Below, piece by piece: positions 61,975-64,000 of a stretch of DNA of 64,000 nt (positions within the stretch are counted from its first letter, which is position 1; every line of letters starts with the position of its first letter). The stretch spans positions 2,784,001-2,848,000 of the forward strand of contig OY970320.1 in NCBI GenBank assembly GCA_963716745.1, written 5' to 3'. The DNA is from an uncultured Gemmatimonadaceae bacterium (GTDB taxonomy: Bacteria > Gemmatimonadota > Gemmatimonadetes > Gemmatimonadales > Gemmatimonadaceae). The notes under the pieces are model-generated. The model did no database searches, had not been told where the DNA came from, and saw nothing but the letters and a program-made list of their open reading frames with translations. Position numbers and translations under genes: made by a program.

Positions 61975-62943
61975 CTACTCCTCGCTGCTCGGCGCGCCGC
62001 CGCTGCGCGCCACCTGGTCCGCCTTCACGTTGCCGACGTTGAACTTCTTCGCCGAGCTCAGGAGCTTCTCTATAGTAGAGTCGAAATCCGGGTGCTTCTC
62101 CTTCACGAAGCGCAGGAAGTTGATCCGCGACACGACGAAGGCCTTGAGGTATGGACTCTCGAGGCCTTTCTCCTTGAGCCCCTTCACGGCCTCGTTCACA
62201 TACTCGTTCATCTCGAGCAGCTTGGCCGCGCGTTCGCGGCGCGTTTCGAGCGCTGCCGGGAGCTTGGCGCTCAGGAACTGATCTATCCGCTTGAGGATCG
62301 AGTGATAGGCGCCGCCCGAGAACCGGCCGTTCTCCTGGTAGCAGAGACCGAGCGTGATGAGCGCCGCTTCCTCGAACTCCTCGGCGTAGTCCTTCTCGGG
62401 GCGGTCATCCATTTCGGCCAGCGCCTGCGCGAGGCGTGAGACCTCGAGCGACCGCTCGCGCAGATTGTGGGCTTTCTCGGTATTGAGCGCGAGGATGCGA
62501 TGCGCCACTTCGGGCTCGGGCACCACGAGCGCGACGATCGTCCTCGCGCCGAGCTGCCGCATCGCGCCCAGCCGGTGATAGCCGTTGGGCGACCAATATT
62601 TCCCGTCGGCGGCGGGCACGGCGACGATGGGATCGAGGAAGCGGTCGAGCTTGTCGATCGCATCGGCGAGCCGGGCGACGTGCGCTTCCGAGAGATCGCG
62701 CTGGTAGGGCGTGGGTTCCACGATGTCGATCGGCAGGGAAGCCAGCACCTGCCAGCGGCTGCCGAGCGGATCGCGGTAGGAGGCGAGCACCACGCCGCCG
62801 TCGGCATCGATGCGTTTGGCGAGCGCCTCTACGGCGGCCGGCGCAGCGGTGGCGGTGAGCTTCGTGGCCTCGAGCCCGCGGGAGTGCGCGGCGCCGGCCT
62901 TCTTGGATTTCTTCGCGGGGCGTTTCTTCTTCGCGGTGGGCAT
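61975..62943 (-). CDS. ParB/Srx N-terminal-domain protein (orphan, no adjacent parA)
   Basis: PTPYQRDLS, FLDPIV, NGYHRL, LALNTEKAHNLRE. Confidence 0.8.
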   Translation of the reverse strand: MPTAKKKRPAKKSKKAGAAHSRGLEATKLTATAAPAAVEALAKRIDADGGVVLASYRDPLGSRWQVLASLPIDIVEPTPYQRDLSEAHVARLADAIDKLDRFLDPIVAVPAADGKYWSPNGYHRLGAMRQLGARTIVALVVPEPEVAHRILALNTEKAHNLRERSLEVSRLAQALAEMDDRPEKDYAEEFEEAALITLGLCYQENGRFSGGAYHSILKRIDQFLSAKLPAALETRRERAAKLLEMNEYVNEAVKGLKEKGLESPYLKAFVVSRINFLRFVKEKHPDFDSTIEKLLSSAKKFNVGNVKADQVARSGGAPSSEE

Positions 62944-62999
62944 GGAGTGATTGTGCGCGGTCGCGGCCCGGGCGGCAACCCCCTACATTCGCGACCACG

Positions 63000-63695
63000 A
63001 TGGTCACTCCGCTGCCGCTAGCCGAGGTCCTCCGAGAGCTGAGACGGTACTATGGTAGGCCGCCGCGGCCCATCAGTACTGATCCCTTCCGGCTCATCCT
63101 TTGGGAACAGGTCGCCTACCTGGCTCCGGACAGCCGGCGCCGGAAGGCGTACGCCGCGCTGCGCGATCGCGTGGGGCTCGCTCCAGTGGAGATCCTCGCC
63201 GCACCCAATGCAACCCTCGTTCAGATCGCCAGGCTCGGCGGTTCGATCGCGGCCCCGACTCGCGCGGCGCGCATGAGAGACTCGGCGGAACGTGCGCTGG
63301 ATGCGCCGCGAACGCTTCGCGCGTCGCTCCGACTGCCGGTGAAGGAGGCGCGGCGGGTGCTCGCCGCCTTCCCGATGATCGGCGAGCCCGGCGCCGACAA
63401 GATCCTCGTATTCACCAAGTCGGCCAAACTGCTCCCGGTCGACTCGAATGGGCTGCGCGTGCTGGAGCGACTCGGCATCGCGCCGGGCGGGAGGGACTAT
63501 CGCGCGGCATATCGCGCGGCACAGGCGGGGGTGGCGCGGCAACTTCCGAGAACGTACGCGGCCTTGGCTGAGGGATATCACCTCCTTCGCGAACACGGGC
63601 AGGAACTGTGCCGGCGTTCGGCTCCGCGCTGCGCGCCGTGCCCGCTGAGCGCCGATTGTCCCGTGGGGCGGGCGACGTTGAATCGTGCGCGCTAG
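63000..63695 (+). CDS. HhH-GPD (endonuclease III-like) protein with 4Fe-4S motif
   Basis: FPMIGEPGADKIL, PVDSN, HGQELCRRSAPRCAPCPLSADC (C-x6-C-x2-C-x5-C). Confidence 0.82.
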   Translation: MVTPLPLAEVLRELRRYYGRPPRPISTDPFRLILWEQVAYLAPDSRRRKAYAALRDRVGLAPVEILAAPNATLVQIARLGGSIAAPTRAARMRDSAERALDAPRTLRASLRLPVKEARRVLAAFPMIGEPGADKILVFTKSAKLLPVDSNGLRVLERLGIAPGGRDYRAAYRAAQAGVARQLPRTYAALAEGYHLLREHGQELCRRSAPRCAPCPLSADCPVGRATLNRAR

Positions 63696-63761
63696 CGCCA
63701 TTGAGACTCCGAACCGAGCCCGCCTTACCGCGAGAATCGACCAGTGCTAGGATCACCCTCC

Positions 63762-64000
63762 ATGACAATCCGTCTCACGCGATGACCGGCCCGACTCTCG
63801 AGATCGAGCAGCCCCTCGGGCTGCTCGACACCTGGAACAGTCTCGACCGTCGCCAGCGCGCCGCCTTCACCGCGAGTGTGCTCGGCTGGGCGCTCGACGC
63901 ATTCGATTTCTTCCTGATGGTGTTCATCCTCCGCGCGGTGGCCGCGGAGTTCAGCACCGACGTGAAGTCCGTCGCGCTCGGCATCACGCTCACGCTCGCG
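63762..64000 (+). CDS. MFS transporter (SHS/Jen-like), truncated by window end
   Basis: AFTASVLGWALDAFDFFLMVF. Confidence 0.82.

Noticed and set aside
61975..62943. ParB as evidence of a plasmid, prophage or defence island
   Set aside because: No parA, rep, phage, methylase or nuclease genes nearby; context looks chromosomal.

Overview
This is a high-GC bacterial chromosomal segment. Its gene content (paired secreted M14 peptidases, DUF2911 proteins, a Ser/Thr kinase fused to TolB-like repeats, a TIGR02999-type ECF sigma factor next to a kinase) suggests Gemmatimonadota or a similar soil lineage; that assignment is inference. About 70 densely packed genes lie mostly on the + strand. They are dominated by small detox/stress proteins (VOC, GNAT, DinB, DUF1801, SnoaL, lipocalin-like, cupin), secreted or lipoprotein hypotheticals, and regulators (MarR, ArsR, MocR, histidine kinase with NtrC-type activator, ECF sigma with kinase). 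Roughly 25 genes are broken by small indels, most likely uncorrected long-read errors, so several ORF-track entries are fragments or false fusions; I re-joined them by eye. I saw no rRNA, tRNA, CRISPR array, transposase or integrase. The most interesting signals are non-coding or architectural: (1) an AT-rich dispersed palindrome family (core GACAGGATTAACATGATT, 8 copies as 4 inverted pairs in two orientations), two pairs of which bracket a single gene; (2) a 134-bp CTAG-bounded MITE-like hairpin; (3) a readable sigma-54 circuit (activator, two GTGTC-N6-GACAC boxes, -24/-12 promoter, TPR lipoprotein); (4) a secreted protein with an internal C-terminal hydrophobic-RRRRR-lipobox segment next to the ECF/kinase pair; (5) readable MarR, ArsR and MocR operator candidates and several leaderless-type promoters. 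All family assignments come from motif recognition, not database searches.
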